Shown here one piece after another: positions 1 to 24,100 of a stretch of DNA of 64,000 nt. Under the pieces are notes generated by a model. It searched no databases and had not been told where the DNA came from. It was given only the letters and a program-made list of their open reading frames with translations. Location of the stretch: NCBI GenBank assembly GCA_012026655.1, contig JAAILG010000748.1, forward strand, positions 1 to 64,000, given 5' to 3'. Within the stretch, counting starts at the first letter, position 1. Each line of letters begins with the position of its first letter. The translations under genes and the position numbers were made by a program. This DNA is from Hydrolagus affinis (taxonomy: Eukaryota).

Positions 1-176
1 CATTTCAATCCACGACTGTATGTGGGACACAGCTGTGCGCAATTGGCTGCCGCGATTCACCCACAAATATATACAGTCAATCACCTTACAATATATTCTG
101 TGAAGCGCTTTGGGACGTTGATAAGATGTGGAAAGCGCTATATCAAATGCAAGGATTATTATTATTATTATTATTA
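1..176 (+). mobile_element. SINE 3' half, same family, cut by the window edge
   Basis: CATTTCAATCCACGAC...GCTGTGCGCAATTGGCTGCCGCG...AGCGCTATATCAAATGCAAGG(ATT)n. Confidence 0.85.
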
Positions 177-2199
177 TGCCTGGCAGTTCACTGAAATACA
201 TAATGTGGTTTCATTAATCTCTCTTAACATCATTACCTATAAAGGAACACTTTACGGATCGTTTTTTTTTGCATTAATTCCATCACACTAGTACTCCCTA
301 ACCTCCTTCAAGTCCTCAGACCCTCCTGTTTGACCGTACCATCGGTCACCCCGCTTCCCCTCCCTTTCCTCCACCCTCCCTGACCCCAGCTCACGTCCGA
401 AACACTGACTGTCCAGTGCCTACACGATCTACTGTTAGTGATAATCCAGATCACTGAAGGATGGTTAAGTGACCCAATTACAGATTATTTTTAACCCTTT
501 AATCAGGTATCAGGGTCTCTGAAACCTCTTGGGAAACTTATTTCACTTATTTCTTACCCAATGTTAACTGCCAGTGTTCGTTTTATGCCTTGCTCTCTGC
601 TACATTATTCAGTATTAAGATATCCCCAATGGTGGCATGAGTTTGTATTTAAAAGCCTTTGGTATAGCCAAATATGCAGAGAATACCACACTTTGATTCT
701 GTAGTCATTTTATTTACAAATACAGAACGTGAAAAGCAGTACAGATAATGACTAAGTTGTGTCTTGAAAATAAAGTGCAGTAAGTTTAACTGTAAAAGGA
801 TATTAGACAGTGATCTTTACAAATATTTGTGAGTTGCCCCCTTTTCTTTTTTTCAGACACTCGTTCAAAATCTCCTTTCCCATTGGGAGTTCAGACACTA
901 TATTTGATAGGGCACCCGAAAACCACAAATACACATTACCTCAAACATTGTAATTCATAATTATATGTTGTTATACATGCTTATTAAGTAAATCCCTGGT
1001 TTCCATCAGCATGGGATGGTTTGCATATTGAATAAAATGGGAGTTTCAGGGAACACCTTTTCCCTTTTTGTTTCTTCATCCTTTGATGTCTGTAAGGAGT
1101 TTTAAATTTCCGCCTTGTAATTGGATCCAATCCTTCACACCTCTATAAAAACATAGACCCATTGTCCATTAAAGGAGGGAGAAATTGCTTTTCTCAGGAA
1201 TTTTAATGAAATGCTGAACTTCACAAAATTTAGAACCACTTACAACAATAAGAAAAAAAACTTTGAAAAAAAGGAACCCAGGGTGTCTTTTATTGGAAAC
1301 AAATAAAAACTCTTAACAAGAGGGATCATTTCAAAATATTTTCTTTTAATACACTTTAAAAAAATTCCCTAGCAACACCAGCTAACAAAAAAAAGCTCCT
1401 ACTCCACATAAAAAAATTATATTGTAAACAAACATTTTAAACTATTTCACGATTTTTGTTTTTATTAAAATATAGCATAATAGCAATTTTTTTGTATTCT
1501 TCAGGACAATGTTGTTTCCTTGTGCTGGAATAAAATGATTCAGATACAGTAAATCAACACAGGAGCATCTATTGCCTTGTGCTCTCTTGTCGGGATTTAT
1601 TGCTTACATTTAAGCACGTTTGATTCTAAAGCCTCTGCACAGGATGCACCTTTGTCATAAGTTCAGGAAGTCGTTCAGGCAATATTTTTTATGTTCCCAG
1701 AAGTTAATTAAAATGTCCTCAAAATTACAAAGTAAAAAAAAGAGAAAAAAGTATTATTTTTGAAAAAAGCTAATAAGGTTCAATTGTAGGTCTTTTAATA
1801 TTGCACAACCAAAAGCTCTTCTTTTTGAAACCTTTTCATGATCGTATGTAAAAGGTAAAATATAGGTTACAACTGTAGCATTAGTGGTATATATTTACAG
1901 GTAGCTGGTCACAAGCCAAAGCGCAAAAGATGAAACTTTTAATAGTACGAAATAAACCTTTGTAAAATTGTAGTTCCAAATATGTAAAACTTTTTTTTAA
2001 ACCAATTTAAACCCCCACAGCTGATACTCTGAACCTCCACAGCTGATACTCTTGCTGGGGTAAGGACAACCATTATTCAGCCTACAGAGTGAGTGTTTAG
2101 CAGATTGTTAAACCACTTTTTAGTAGACAGTGGATGTCACCACAGCTAACTCCTCACACCAAGTCGAAGCACCATATTTTGTAGCAGGGATTATTGGAG

Positions 2200-2385
2200 A
2201 GCTCAGGAACGGGAATACAAGAAAAACTTCCTCTCTTTCCCTTGGGTTGGTGAGGCCAATCTCAATTGTCCTGTCTGAAATCAGATAACTCAACACAGAC
2301 CAAAACTCGAACCTGCGACTTTCCGGTCTGTATGACGTTGTGCTAGGCTGGGTAGTTCCTTTACCTGCTAGGCTATCCTAGAGAG
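2200..2385 (-). mobile_element. Ancient tRNA-headed SINE relic (LF-SINE-like)
   Basis: CTGAAATCAGATAACTCAACACAGACC...TCGAACCTG recurs in decayed form at about 12040-12085, 42170-42220, 60125-60145 and reversed at 17785-17810 and 63075-63090. Confidence 0.45.
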
Positions 2386-3177
2386 CAATGTTTAACGTTT
2401 AATATTGAATTAGATTATAACATTTAAACATTTCACTTCCCAGTTGTTGGAATACATGCAGTTTTTAAATGTAAGTTCAGGCACTCAACATTTTTGGGCC
2501 TACAGTTAAAGTACCATAATATCAAGAACCTGATTTGTCTAATCAAAACTGTACAAAATCTACAGGAACGGCATTGATTCTTACTCTAAAACTGCAACAT
2601 ATAATGGAAAGTAAAAAAAAATCCAATTCAATTTATACAGGCTTTAGGAAAATCATTTAAAGAAAATGTACATATGCATTTGGTAAAATTAATTAACTTC
2701 AGGATCAGAATCATTAAACTAGACATCAGTAGTATAGTAATATTTTCCACTTATGCATGCATCTCTAATGCTGTGGTTTGCACAGGTACTATCTTTCTGC
2801 GGTTCATCTGGTGCTCCTGAGCAGTTATGAAATAAATTATGATGGTTACACTACAGGTATATGGGAAGAATAGGATGCAATCGAACTGCAAGGATTATTA
2901 TTAAGAGAAACAAAAGAATACTTACCCAAATCAGAGTATTCTGTGCGGTACAGCACATTTTTGTTTCATTAACATATCTTCAACTAGTACCCTAAACGAA
3001 AACTAAGAAATTCATGATGGTAAGTGTAATATATTGCAGCTTTAATGTTGTTGCTTTAAAGCTCCATTTGTGGCTGAACTTGCCCATGAATACAGACTGC
3101 ACACGATACACAGTACAACTATTGTTGTTGTTAACAGGCAGAACTTCAGCTCCTTTTTATTGCTTTCAATTGTTACT

Positions 3178-14661
<11,484 letters not shown>

Positions 14662-15034
14662 ATCTAACAACATATCTAAATTACACCAGAGGCATCTCCA
14701 AATTATAATACATTCCATAACAAATAATTAAACATTAACTGAAGATTGCTGTGTAAATTACAATGAACACTGATCTCAATTAGTCTGTTCCCTTATTGCA
14801 CAAATGTTGGTAGGAATAAAATTAAACTTCAAGATAGAACATGTACACATTTACAACAAAAATTACAACAAAATTACACTTCTTTAGTGCCTTTCATGTC
14901 AGGAGGACGTCCCAAGGCGCAGGACATGGGGTTCCAAGTGCTTAACAGTTGTGGGAGGTGATAGTGAGGCAACCATAGGCAAAGTCGAAGAGGAAGGTCT
15001 TCAGGTGTTATCTGAAGATGGGTAAGGAGGATGC

Positions 15035-15250
15035 AACAACAACAATATTACACTTATATAGCGCCTTTCACTTGGGAGGATGTTCCAAGGCGCTGAACAG
15101 TCAGGTCGGGACCTGAGCGGGTGTGGGGTGGGGGGGAGGGGGGGGCAGGGTAGAGGGAAGGAGAGTAGGAGAGGGGGGTTAGGAGGGGAACAGAAGGCAT
15201 GGTTGAAGAGGAAGGTTTTGAGACCGGCCTTAAAGGAGGAAAGGGAGAAT
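15035..15250 (-). mobile_element. L2 LINE 3' fragment
   Basis: Reverse complement of the L2 3' UTR and tail. Similar short tails at 290-425, 5285-5350, 14870-14925, 45750-45855, 45925-45985, 49855-49900. Confidence 0.8.
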
Positions 15251-18200
15251 ACAAGGCAGAGTTTCATCGTTTTGGGTGGTTATGGCCGAACGCTTGGCTG
15301 CTGATTGATGGTGGAGTGGTTGAGGAGTGTGCGGGACGCCAGAGCCAGCTGATTAAAGGAATTGGGTAGTATTATGGGATGTAAGCAAGTCTGAAAGATA
15401 GGGAGGTGCCATGGCATGAAGTATGCGTAAGTGTGAGGATGTTGAAATTGATCTATTCTGCAAATGGAGGCAGAATCCATTTTTAGAAGTTCATGAGACC
15501 CTGGAGTAAACATAAATAGCTTGAAATCCCCAATTGGAATATTATGCAGCAAGTTGAACCTGAGGCATTCATAATTAGGAAGATCTCACACTAAATCCCA
15601 GTCAGAACGAGCTATCTGTGGGAGAGGCAGTAAGCAGTACAGAAACTACTGAAACCAATTGTGGTACCTCAACTGATAATACTAAATCAACTACTGTATA
15701 TTATTAGTTTACATCTAATACCCAAGATATTGGAAGTAGTCTAGGGAGGTGGAGTTGTCAAATTGTGTAAAAAATTTAAATGGGAGTTAGATATTTTGCT
15801 TTAAAAAAAATCATTTTTGAGGTATGAGTCATGGAGCAGTGATTATTTTTACTCTGAACTGCAGATTGAGTTGAAAGTATGGTTTTTCCAGGTCAGTACA
15901 CTTCTATAAGCTACTCTTTGTATTATAATGTCATTCCATTTTGTAATTTCTCACCAGACTCTGAGACAAATGAGAAAGACCCAATGGCCCTGTGTTACTG
16001 CTCCAACAACAAAATTACATTTGTACAGCGCCTGTTATGTTGGGAGGATGTGTAGCACAGTAGTATTATGACTGTGTAGAATAGTGTAAAATACTGTAAA
16101 CTTATAATTTCAAGTGAACATAGATCAATGGGTAAAATTGTCTGGACAATTATATTTGTAATTGGAGAATTTTGATGAATTGAGCATTTATGAATTTAGA
16201 AAGAATAATTTTCACTTAACAAATGAATACATCTTAACAGCTCATACATCCAGTAAGATAGCAGCAGCATTTCAGAGACTGTCTACCATTTATTTGGGTA
16301 ACTACTCATGAAGTACCAATTCCTGAGATGACTGTAAAAGCTTGCTTTTATCATTTAGTTACCAGAAACGTTATGCCTAATTTACTCTCAGAGCCACTTT
16401 TATAGATGCGATTCCAAACAGTCAGAATTGTGGATTCCAGTTAGTGAAACCACACAGCCAATTTTGCGGGCAACTTGATGGGACAAAACAGGGCTCAGGA
16501 AACTGCGGGTTGCCGGTGTCACCTGCCTACTGGTAATACAAAAGCAGTGTACACACGAGCACATCAATAGATATTGGGGAGATTTCCATCCTGGCAACAA
16601 TGTAGAACAAAGTCTAGTTATGAAGTGGATTTTGTTTATTGTGAATTCTCCCAATGTAAAATGTTTATAATTGCAAATGGGAAATGTTTTGAAACGTCTT
16701 TGATGATTTTGCTCCCACTAGAAACAAAAAATAACAAATAAACATATTTCAAAATACTGTAGTCCACTTTACTGAAGAAACAACCATAGATTGTTTTGTA
16801 AATATTGCTTGCAACCAGATCAAGATGTCATACTGTTTCCTCCCTGGGAAAATAATACAAAAATCCAGACATTCTGCACAACTTTTTACTGGAGTACAGG
16901 ATACCAACAACATAAAAAACCCGATTGATAATCAAAACATATTAGTTGAAGTAGAGAAAATTGGTGAAAATGTTATTTAACAATGTTTGTTTCCCACCCT
17001 CCACCAAAATGTTGAATCTCTTATCTGAAAAGAATCTTAAATTTAGTAATTCCTTCACAGAACAAACATTTCTGCAAAATATTAAGCGGGACATACAATC
17101 TCATTCAGAGAGCTGTCCAAGGTCTTGATCTGTTATGATTTCAAATGGTCGTAGAAATGCTAATATAAAATGGAACAGACTCAACATATCAATTGTTACT
17201 ACTTTATATAATATATTATTGTGCTTTAATATATAAACACCAGAGCAACAATTAATAATTGATCCTTGCATTTAAGATAGCACTGAATCACACTGAAATG
17301 TTTTGGAGCACATCACAGTGTAAAACATAGTGATTATGTTTATCAGCCACTGCGTCCCACTCTTTGTGTCGTCTTAGCACCTCCACCTAAAAAGGCAAGT
17401 AGTGTGGCAAAAGGTGGGTCCAGTTACTTGGTAGGCACTGTCAAGACTCCATTAACCATAATACTGATAAGTAGCCGAGTAAAACAACATTGTGATGAAA
17501 TGCTCGATTTGCTGATCTTGAGGTGAATGAGACAGGCTAAGCTGATCAAAGGCCTTTTGGCACTGAAATATTGTACTGAACATAAAGGTTATTCATCAAG
17601 ATTGTGATGATGGTTTCATTTTTTGGAAATATCCTGTTTGTTCCATGCATATGTTCTGAGTTGCCATTAACAATGTTCTGAAAAATGAAACTGAAATAAA
17701 TGCTTGATTCAGCTGAAAATACTTGATGGGTAAAGCCACCGCTGAATGTACAACTGAACCACAAAATGAAAAAGTACCATGTTCATTCTGTGCTAAGTTA
17801 GCTGATGTAAGTGCTTGTAGTCATACAATTTGACTCAGTGTTGTGAAATCAACACAATTCTCATTCTGATCGATATATTCTGTGAAGTGCTTTGAGGTGT
17901 CTCAATTATGTGTTAAGGCTGTTATTATCATTAAGTATTGTTATTATTAGCATCTTCACCATCCTGGTCATGGGATACAGAAACATCAACAAATCTAAAT
18001 AATTTGGAATAACATTATGGTAGTACACACCATTAATCCATCTGGACTTTAAATAACTTATAATGGCTCTAGGGTACAACATGGTAAATTTTACTAACCC
18101 TGTGGAATTTGTATCGACACAAGTGGTTTTCATAAAGAAAATAGTGAAAGGATTGTACTATCTATAATCCTACCTCTTAGTTTCAGACTTCAAGAAGTAC

Positions 18201-19270
18201 AAGAATATGACTGCATCACATAATGTTTACAAAACAGCACTGCTGTCTGCTAGTATTCTATATATCTTTAATAAGTGATCAGATAGTGAACCTTGAAGAA
18301 AATATAGTGGAATAGATATTGCAAAAAGCAAATGCTGGCAATCTACAGCAGGCAACTCAGCATCTGAAAGATGAAACAATGGATAAGATTAACTTAAGGT
18401 ACAACTTCATTAGAAGGTTCATATCCATTATCACATGCTTTTAGATGCTGGTTATCTTGTAGTTTGTACGCATTAAAAAAGGTATAACCATAATAGTCCA
18501 AAATACCACAGCTCCAGATAGCAACATCAAAGAAAAAAATCTGATGAGTGTGGATAGAGAGGGAAATAAATTGCAAGCTAAGATTTAACAACATATGAAA
18601 ATGCAGCTAAAGCACAAACTATCAGTTCCTCTTCAAAAGACTTGTTTTTTGTAATTTAACAAAGAGCACGGTACTCCCAAAGTTTGGGTGAATGCCTCGC
18701 CAAGAGATGATTTTAAAACTAATTTGCTGAGCGAGTGTGGCAACCATTCAATGGTTGGAAAATGAAAACCGGTATTCCTTCCAACCGCGGGTGCGATTGG
18801 TAGAAGCAATATATATATATATATATAGATTGTAACAATTCGGAATTGCTCTGAAACAAAAGTTAAGGAAGGGGTGGGGGGTGTAAAAATGAATTAGTAA
18901 ATATAGCTCGTGTCTTAACCGCTTTCTGTGTTATGTCAACATCAAGTGAACACTCCCATCTTCTGCCCGTAAATATCCTTCACATGTACGATACGGCCAG
19001 ATCTTTGCATTTGTGTGTGTGTGTACACACGAGTATTATCATATATGTAGATTGAAATAAAACAAGAGGGTTGAGGTTTCCTGCAGGAGGCGTGCACTGG
19101 GACGAGGTACGGACAAATTTGAACCAGGTACCGATCAACCCAACCCAACCGGCGGCGAAGAAGGACTTTAATCATCTGTGCGGGAGGGAGAGGGAGGGCA
19201 GGGGTGGGGGGAAGACCAACTTCCAAACAAACCATCACGGACCTGCCGGCGTGTGGCCGCCCTCGCTTAC

Positions 19271-19350
19271 CCGACACTTTACACCCGCCACCCCCTCCCC
19301 TCACACCAAAACCAAAAAAAGCCCAGCCGATCTGGGTAAAAGAAATAGGG
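19271..19350 (-). other. ZNF143: Probable non-coding first exon of ZNF143; 5' end hidden in the assembly gap
   Basis: Strong donor CGG|GTAAGC (intron starts at 19270 on minus) inside a CpG island next to the CCAAT-rich promoter. Vertebrate ZNF143 has a non-coding exon 1. Confidence 0.55.
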
Positions 19351-19450
19351 NNNNNNNNNNNNNNNNNNNNNNNNNNNNNNNNNNNNNNNNNNNNNNNNNN
19401 NNNNNNNNNNNNNNNNNNNNNNNNNNNNNNNNNNNNNNNNNNNNNNNNNN
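19351..19450. other. Assembly gap (100 N) at the ZNF143 start region
   Basis: Run of N next to a poly-C tract. Confidence 1.
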
Positions 19451-19910
19451 CCCCCCCCCCCCCCCCCCCCCCGCGCGCGCGCGCGCACACGCACTCGCAC
19501 GTCACGCTCATTGCTCTTATTTTCCTCACTGTCTCTCTCCCCGCCCCCCCCTTTCACCCTCCGCCGGCTGACTCTTGATTGACGGCTTCGGCATTTCTAA
19601 CCACCTTCCCCTCACTCCCATTGGATGATCGCGCTGCCTGTCAAAAGTAGCGTTCGCCCATTGGACAAGTCCGCTGTCAATCAGAGACTACCACCCTCGT
19701 GCGCCACCTCCGCCCCTACAGTCCGCGCGCCGAGCTCTTGATTGATTGACAGATCAATCAATGTGTTCCGCCTCCCAATCTATCGTTCCCATTGGACGGC
19801 GTCGCTGCCCATCGCATTTGTCCATTGGCCGAGTCCGATGCCAATCAAAGGGTAGCGCAGGGAGCGAAGATGCGGTTGCTGGTGATATTCAGGCGCCATT
19901 TTGTCAGTTG
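19451..19910 (-). promoter_or_regulatory. ZNF143 CpG-island promoter with CCAAT boxes, PBX/PREP decamers, GC boxes and a YY1-like site
   Basis: ATTGG at 19620, 19660, 19791, 19824; CCAAT at 19775 and 19841; TGATTGACAG at 19743-19752 and its reverse complement at 19674-19683; TGATTGACGG at 19576-19585; CCGCCC boxes; GCGCCATTTT near 19893. Confidence 0.8.
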
Positions 19911-20509
19911 CCGATTTGTCCAGGTTGGCATTAATTATTTGAGATTCTTCTGGTTTAAACCTTGGGCAGTGTTCCTAGACAGGTCATTATTTAAATATAT
20001 AGCAAGGGTCGGGTTGAAACACAGCGTCTCTCTGTGTAGGCCTCGCCACTCCCGTCTGTTCCGCCTGGTTGTTGTTGTTGGGCCCCAAATATTGTATTGC
20101 GCATGACGCCATGTTAGGGACCTCAGCCAAGGTCAGGGCGCATCAATAGATGGGAGGGGCATCACGTGTGCTCGCCTGGTAAAGGTCCTCTGGCTTCACT
20201 ATCCCACAGTCATGTAGAAAGTGTATATCACATCAGTAACCCAAATCCCACAATTTACACCACCACTGAAATATTTATAGTTTTATCAGCAGAAATCATA
20301 AATATTTATCACCAGCCCGCGAACTCCAAACAACCCCCACCCAACAGGTGCGGTAACACAGGATTTCTGGTGTACCAAATATATTTATAAATAAATATAT
20401 CTTGAAAAAAAGTTAATAATAATCCTTGCCTTTCATGTAGTGCTTATCACGTCTTTTGATATGTATTGGTACTTCACGCCTAATAATGCCTAAAAAAACA
20501 ATAATAAAA

Positions 20510-20672
20510 ATTGGTCCTTTCAATCCACGACAGTCTGTGGGACTTGTGCGCAATTGGCTGCCGCGTTTCACCCAGAAATATAGTTAATTCACTTTATAGT
20601 ATATTCTGTGAAGCGCTTTGAGACGTCGATAAGATGTTAAAAGCGCTATATGACATGCAAGGATTATTATTT
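20510..20672 (+). mobile_element. SINE 3' half, same family
   Basis: TTGGTCCTTTCAATCCACGAC...GTGAAGCGCTTTGAGACGTC...TGCAAGGATTATTATT. Confidence 0.8.
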
Positions 20673-20842
20673 TTGTAAAGCTTAGTGACTATTTTGTGGA
20701 TGAAACCATCATTGATGATATTCTTTGCTGTTAAGGCAACATATTTCATTTTGCAACATACCTGTTAACTAACCCCAACAATAACATTGGGATGTCCTCC
20801 TGATGTGAAAGCAGCTTATACAAATGTAATTTTGTATTGTAT

Positions 20843-21170
20843 AATATAATCATTGCATTTGATATAGCGCTTTTCACATCTTCTAGACATCTTGTAAAGT
20901 GAAAGAATATCTTGTAAAGTGAATTGACTATATATGTGGGTGGTGGCCAAATGCACAATATCATGGATTGAAACAATTTTTTTGAAGGATTATTAGGCAT
21001 GTGGAGTAAGGAAATCTGCCCAAGATTTCGCCCTGTTTGGAATCAAACCCAGGTCTCTCACTTGTAAACAACAATAAAATTACACTTATAGAGCGCCTTT
21101 CATGTCGGGAGGACGTCCCAAGGCGCTGAAAAGCGAGTGCTCTAACCACTGAGCTGCAGGATTCCACAAC
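20843..21170 (-). mobile_element. tRNA-derived SINE with a nested L2 3' tail (about 21068-21129)
   Basis: Family head (CAGCTCAGTGGTTAGAGCACTCGC on minus) interrupted by ACAACAATAAAATTACACTTATAGAGCGCCTTTCATGTCGGGAGGACGTCCCAAGGCGCTG. Confidence 0.8.
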
Positions 21171-24100
21171 GTCCAAAATACATGCTTCAGCATTTTCTCA
21201 GTTTACTCATCAAACCTTTGTTCCTGTTTAAGCTGTCATTCCTAAATCTTTAATAATTTAGTACAGTATAACGGGCAAACTTAGAAACTTGCCTATCTCC
21301 AAATCATGAATTTAAAAACAAATCTTGTATTTGATATGCCTTATCACATCATCAATACCAATAAAAGGATACCAGGGAATTTTGTTCACCATATCCAGTT
21401 TATTTACCAAATCCATGAGAATTATTCATTCTGCCTTAAAAGTTTTGAGCCATCTGTCTATACACTCATTCATTTAACTTTATGTTAAATGTACTTTTAT
21501 TTTTCTTGTCACTTATTTTCAGCGTTCTGACACCCCACCCCACACAAAGAGCACTATATAAATGCAAGTTGTTGAGGCATCTCATCAAATAACTTCTGAA
21601 AAACAAGTTTCATTTTACCTACACTTTGCGACTTCCTTAAAAAGTAAATTAGTTAAGCATGACCACTACTTATATCTATGGGATCTATTCAATCCCATAT
21701 TATAATTTCAACATTTACCCACAACTGTAGATAGGAATCAGGCAGTGAATTCAGAAATGCAAATAGATATTTGAGTAAGGGCATTCAAAGGCATATGGAG
21801 AAAATACAGTAATTAAGAGATTAGCCATGATCAAACAATGGCCAACTCCATTCTGGTCCTATTGATAGTATAGAATTGAAAGACACCATTCCCTCGTTGC
21901 ATGGCCTTGGAAAACCACGAAATTTGGGTTGGGTAATGAAATACATTTTATTTTAAAATGAGGAACTACATAATACAAAGGACAAGTGTTTTGCAATAGT
22001 TCCCCCTATTACAACAGTAGTATTTTCCATTAAAATTTAAGGAAAGGCATTTGTATTACTTTCTCCTTGACCATTTTGTATGGAATGGGCCAAGAAAATT
22101 GCAACTGGGCATTCCATTTAAACCTTACCCCATTACCCAGGGAATTAAATAAAATATGGTAAAGATGCAATATTATCACAAGTGCTCTATATAACCATTC
22201 AAATACCAAGAACATTAAGACTGCTTTAATCTCACTGCTGTCAGATGTTGCTTGTGCAAATCAGATGCTGTATTTGTCTACATAACATGCCAAATACACT
22301 TCCAAGCATTTGCTGTGTGAAGCACCTTGAGCCATTTTAATGCAATAAGCCATGTCAAATTCAAATATACAGTAGTTCCCCTTTTTCTAAACAGGGTTGT
22401 GTCAAAATATTTGTACCATAGAAAGCTCTATGTAAATAAATTATAATGCATTTTGATGAAGTTGGATGATGCAGTACTCGCTTCTCTTAGAAATGTCTGG
22501 TGGTGTGTATCGCCAGACAAATTGGGTATCAATTTAACATCTGCATGGTATCTCCAACCAAGCTGCATATTTGCTGCAGCACTCATTTAAGTTCTACACT
22601 TGAAAATCAGCCAGAATATCAAATTAAAGTCCTAGTCCAAGATTCAAGACACACAATTCAGATTCCCTGCAAACTAAGGGATACTGAAATCAATTTAGTT
22701 TTCTTACTGCCAATCTGCAACGTTATATAGTGACTTTGGATCAACCCTGGAATTTCTTTCTCTGAACCATGCTATATATAGGAATAATTCCCATTAAAAA
22801 AAATTGTCCTTTTTTTGTCCAAATTTAATTTACGAATTGAGGTAAGCTAACTAGATTTTAATAAAATAGATGCAATTTTGTTACAATTAATCATTTTATG
22901 AGATGAGTTAAACTTTATATTTCCTCATTTAATTTGAAATGAGAACCAATTTTACAATAAAATCAGCACGCGACTTTATACAATAACCCAACACATCTGC
23001 CATTCAATTTATTTTTCAACAACTCAATTCTCCCAATTTGTCAGCCATTGATAACTTTTTTAAAAACAAACTTAATTTTTAAATCTGAAGTATTTTGTTC
23101 ATCTATCTTCTTCCTCCTAACATTAATTTGTCCACTTTACAAGCAGTAGCAGATTTCAAAGTAGGAAGTGGAACCAAAGGAACAATACTTAGTTACCCAG
23201 AAGCTATTGAACTTATCCACAGTATGTGAAGAGTTAAACTAGTTCATTGTTTATAGCATTCTGTCTGTATTTTTTTTAAAAAGCCAATATAACTGAAAAG
23301 TCCAATGCTATTATAACTCCAGAAATCTTTCCAGGATATTCTTTCTGATACTAAAACCATCTCAAATTATGCAGTGAAGATGAAAACGAATACCAATGAA
23401 AACATAATGACACCACAGTAAAGCAAACAGTAAATAATTAACCTTGCTTTTTTGCGATGTTAGTTCTATGTTTTTACAAGAGTTCCTATACAATTATCCA
23501 GTGGAAATAGGAAATTAAATCATTAAAATTTAACATTTCCCCCTACTACTGGATTTCTCTTGTACTGAAGCAGAGTACAATGTAAATATTTTGCTCACAA
23601 GTGAAACTACATAGGATTGTTTAAAAGTGGTATGGACATCACAGACACAAAGTGAAAAGGTCAATTTAATGCAGTTGATATTTTAAGAGCTACATTCAAA
23701 ATACACTTCTCAGAGACAACAATGTACTCTGGCAACATCCTCAACCCAACCCAACTGGTTGTGTGTTAAATTTAATTAGCTTTTCATGTTCAGTACTGAG
23801 CGCTCAATTTTTTTTAAATAAAGTTTTGTAACTGAATATCACCACAGGGTTACAGCAATTTGCAAAAATGATTAATGTTCTTCTGCGACATCACTGCCTT
23901 GTTTTATTGGTAGATACTCAAATGTCCCAACTTCATCATCCTTGGTCGTGTATATTGTCATTCTGATCCGATATATAATAGCTTCTGTGCCAACCTCAGC
24001 CACTTTGGTGCTCCTGTCCAATTCCTCAGCCTTCCAGCGTGATTTTCTGCACTTCAAACACTCCATCTTCAAACCTTTAATCATCTGCCACAATACTGCA

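Noticed and set aside
2013-2052. Short direct repeat CCACAGCTGATACTCT twice (similar doublets at 27850-27900 and 42250-42290)
   Set aside because: Simple local tandem duplications; two units only, not a CRISPR-like array.
16470-16600. CpG-containing patch with RFX-like half sites in ZNF143 intron 1
   Set aside because: Only half-site matches; an enhancer call cannot be supported from sequence alone.
18325-18420. Possible hammerhead ribozyme in a Penelope-like relic
   Set aside because: The core is degenerate (CTAATGA on minus, no GAAA or stem II).
18942-19578. ORFs of 92-195 aa across the ZNF143 5' region
   Set aside because: They span the N gap in a GC-rich island and show no protein-like signal.
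19685-19706. Possible autoregulatory ZNF143 site GACTACCACCCTCGTGCGCC in the ZNF143 promoter
   Set aside because: Only the ACTAC half matches; the TCCCA..ATGC core is poor. Real sites could be hidden in the gap.
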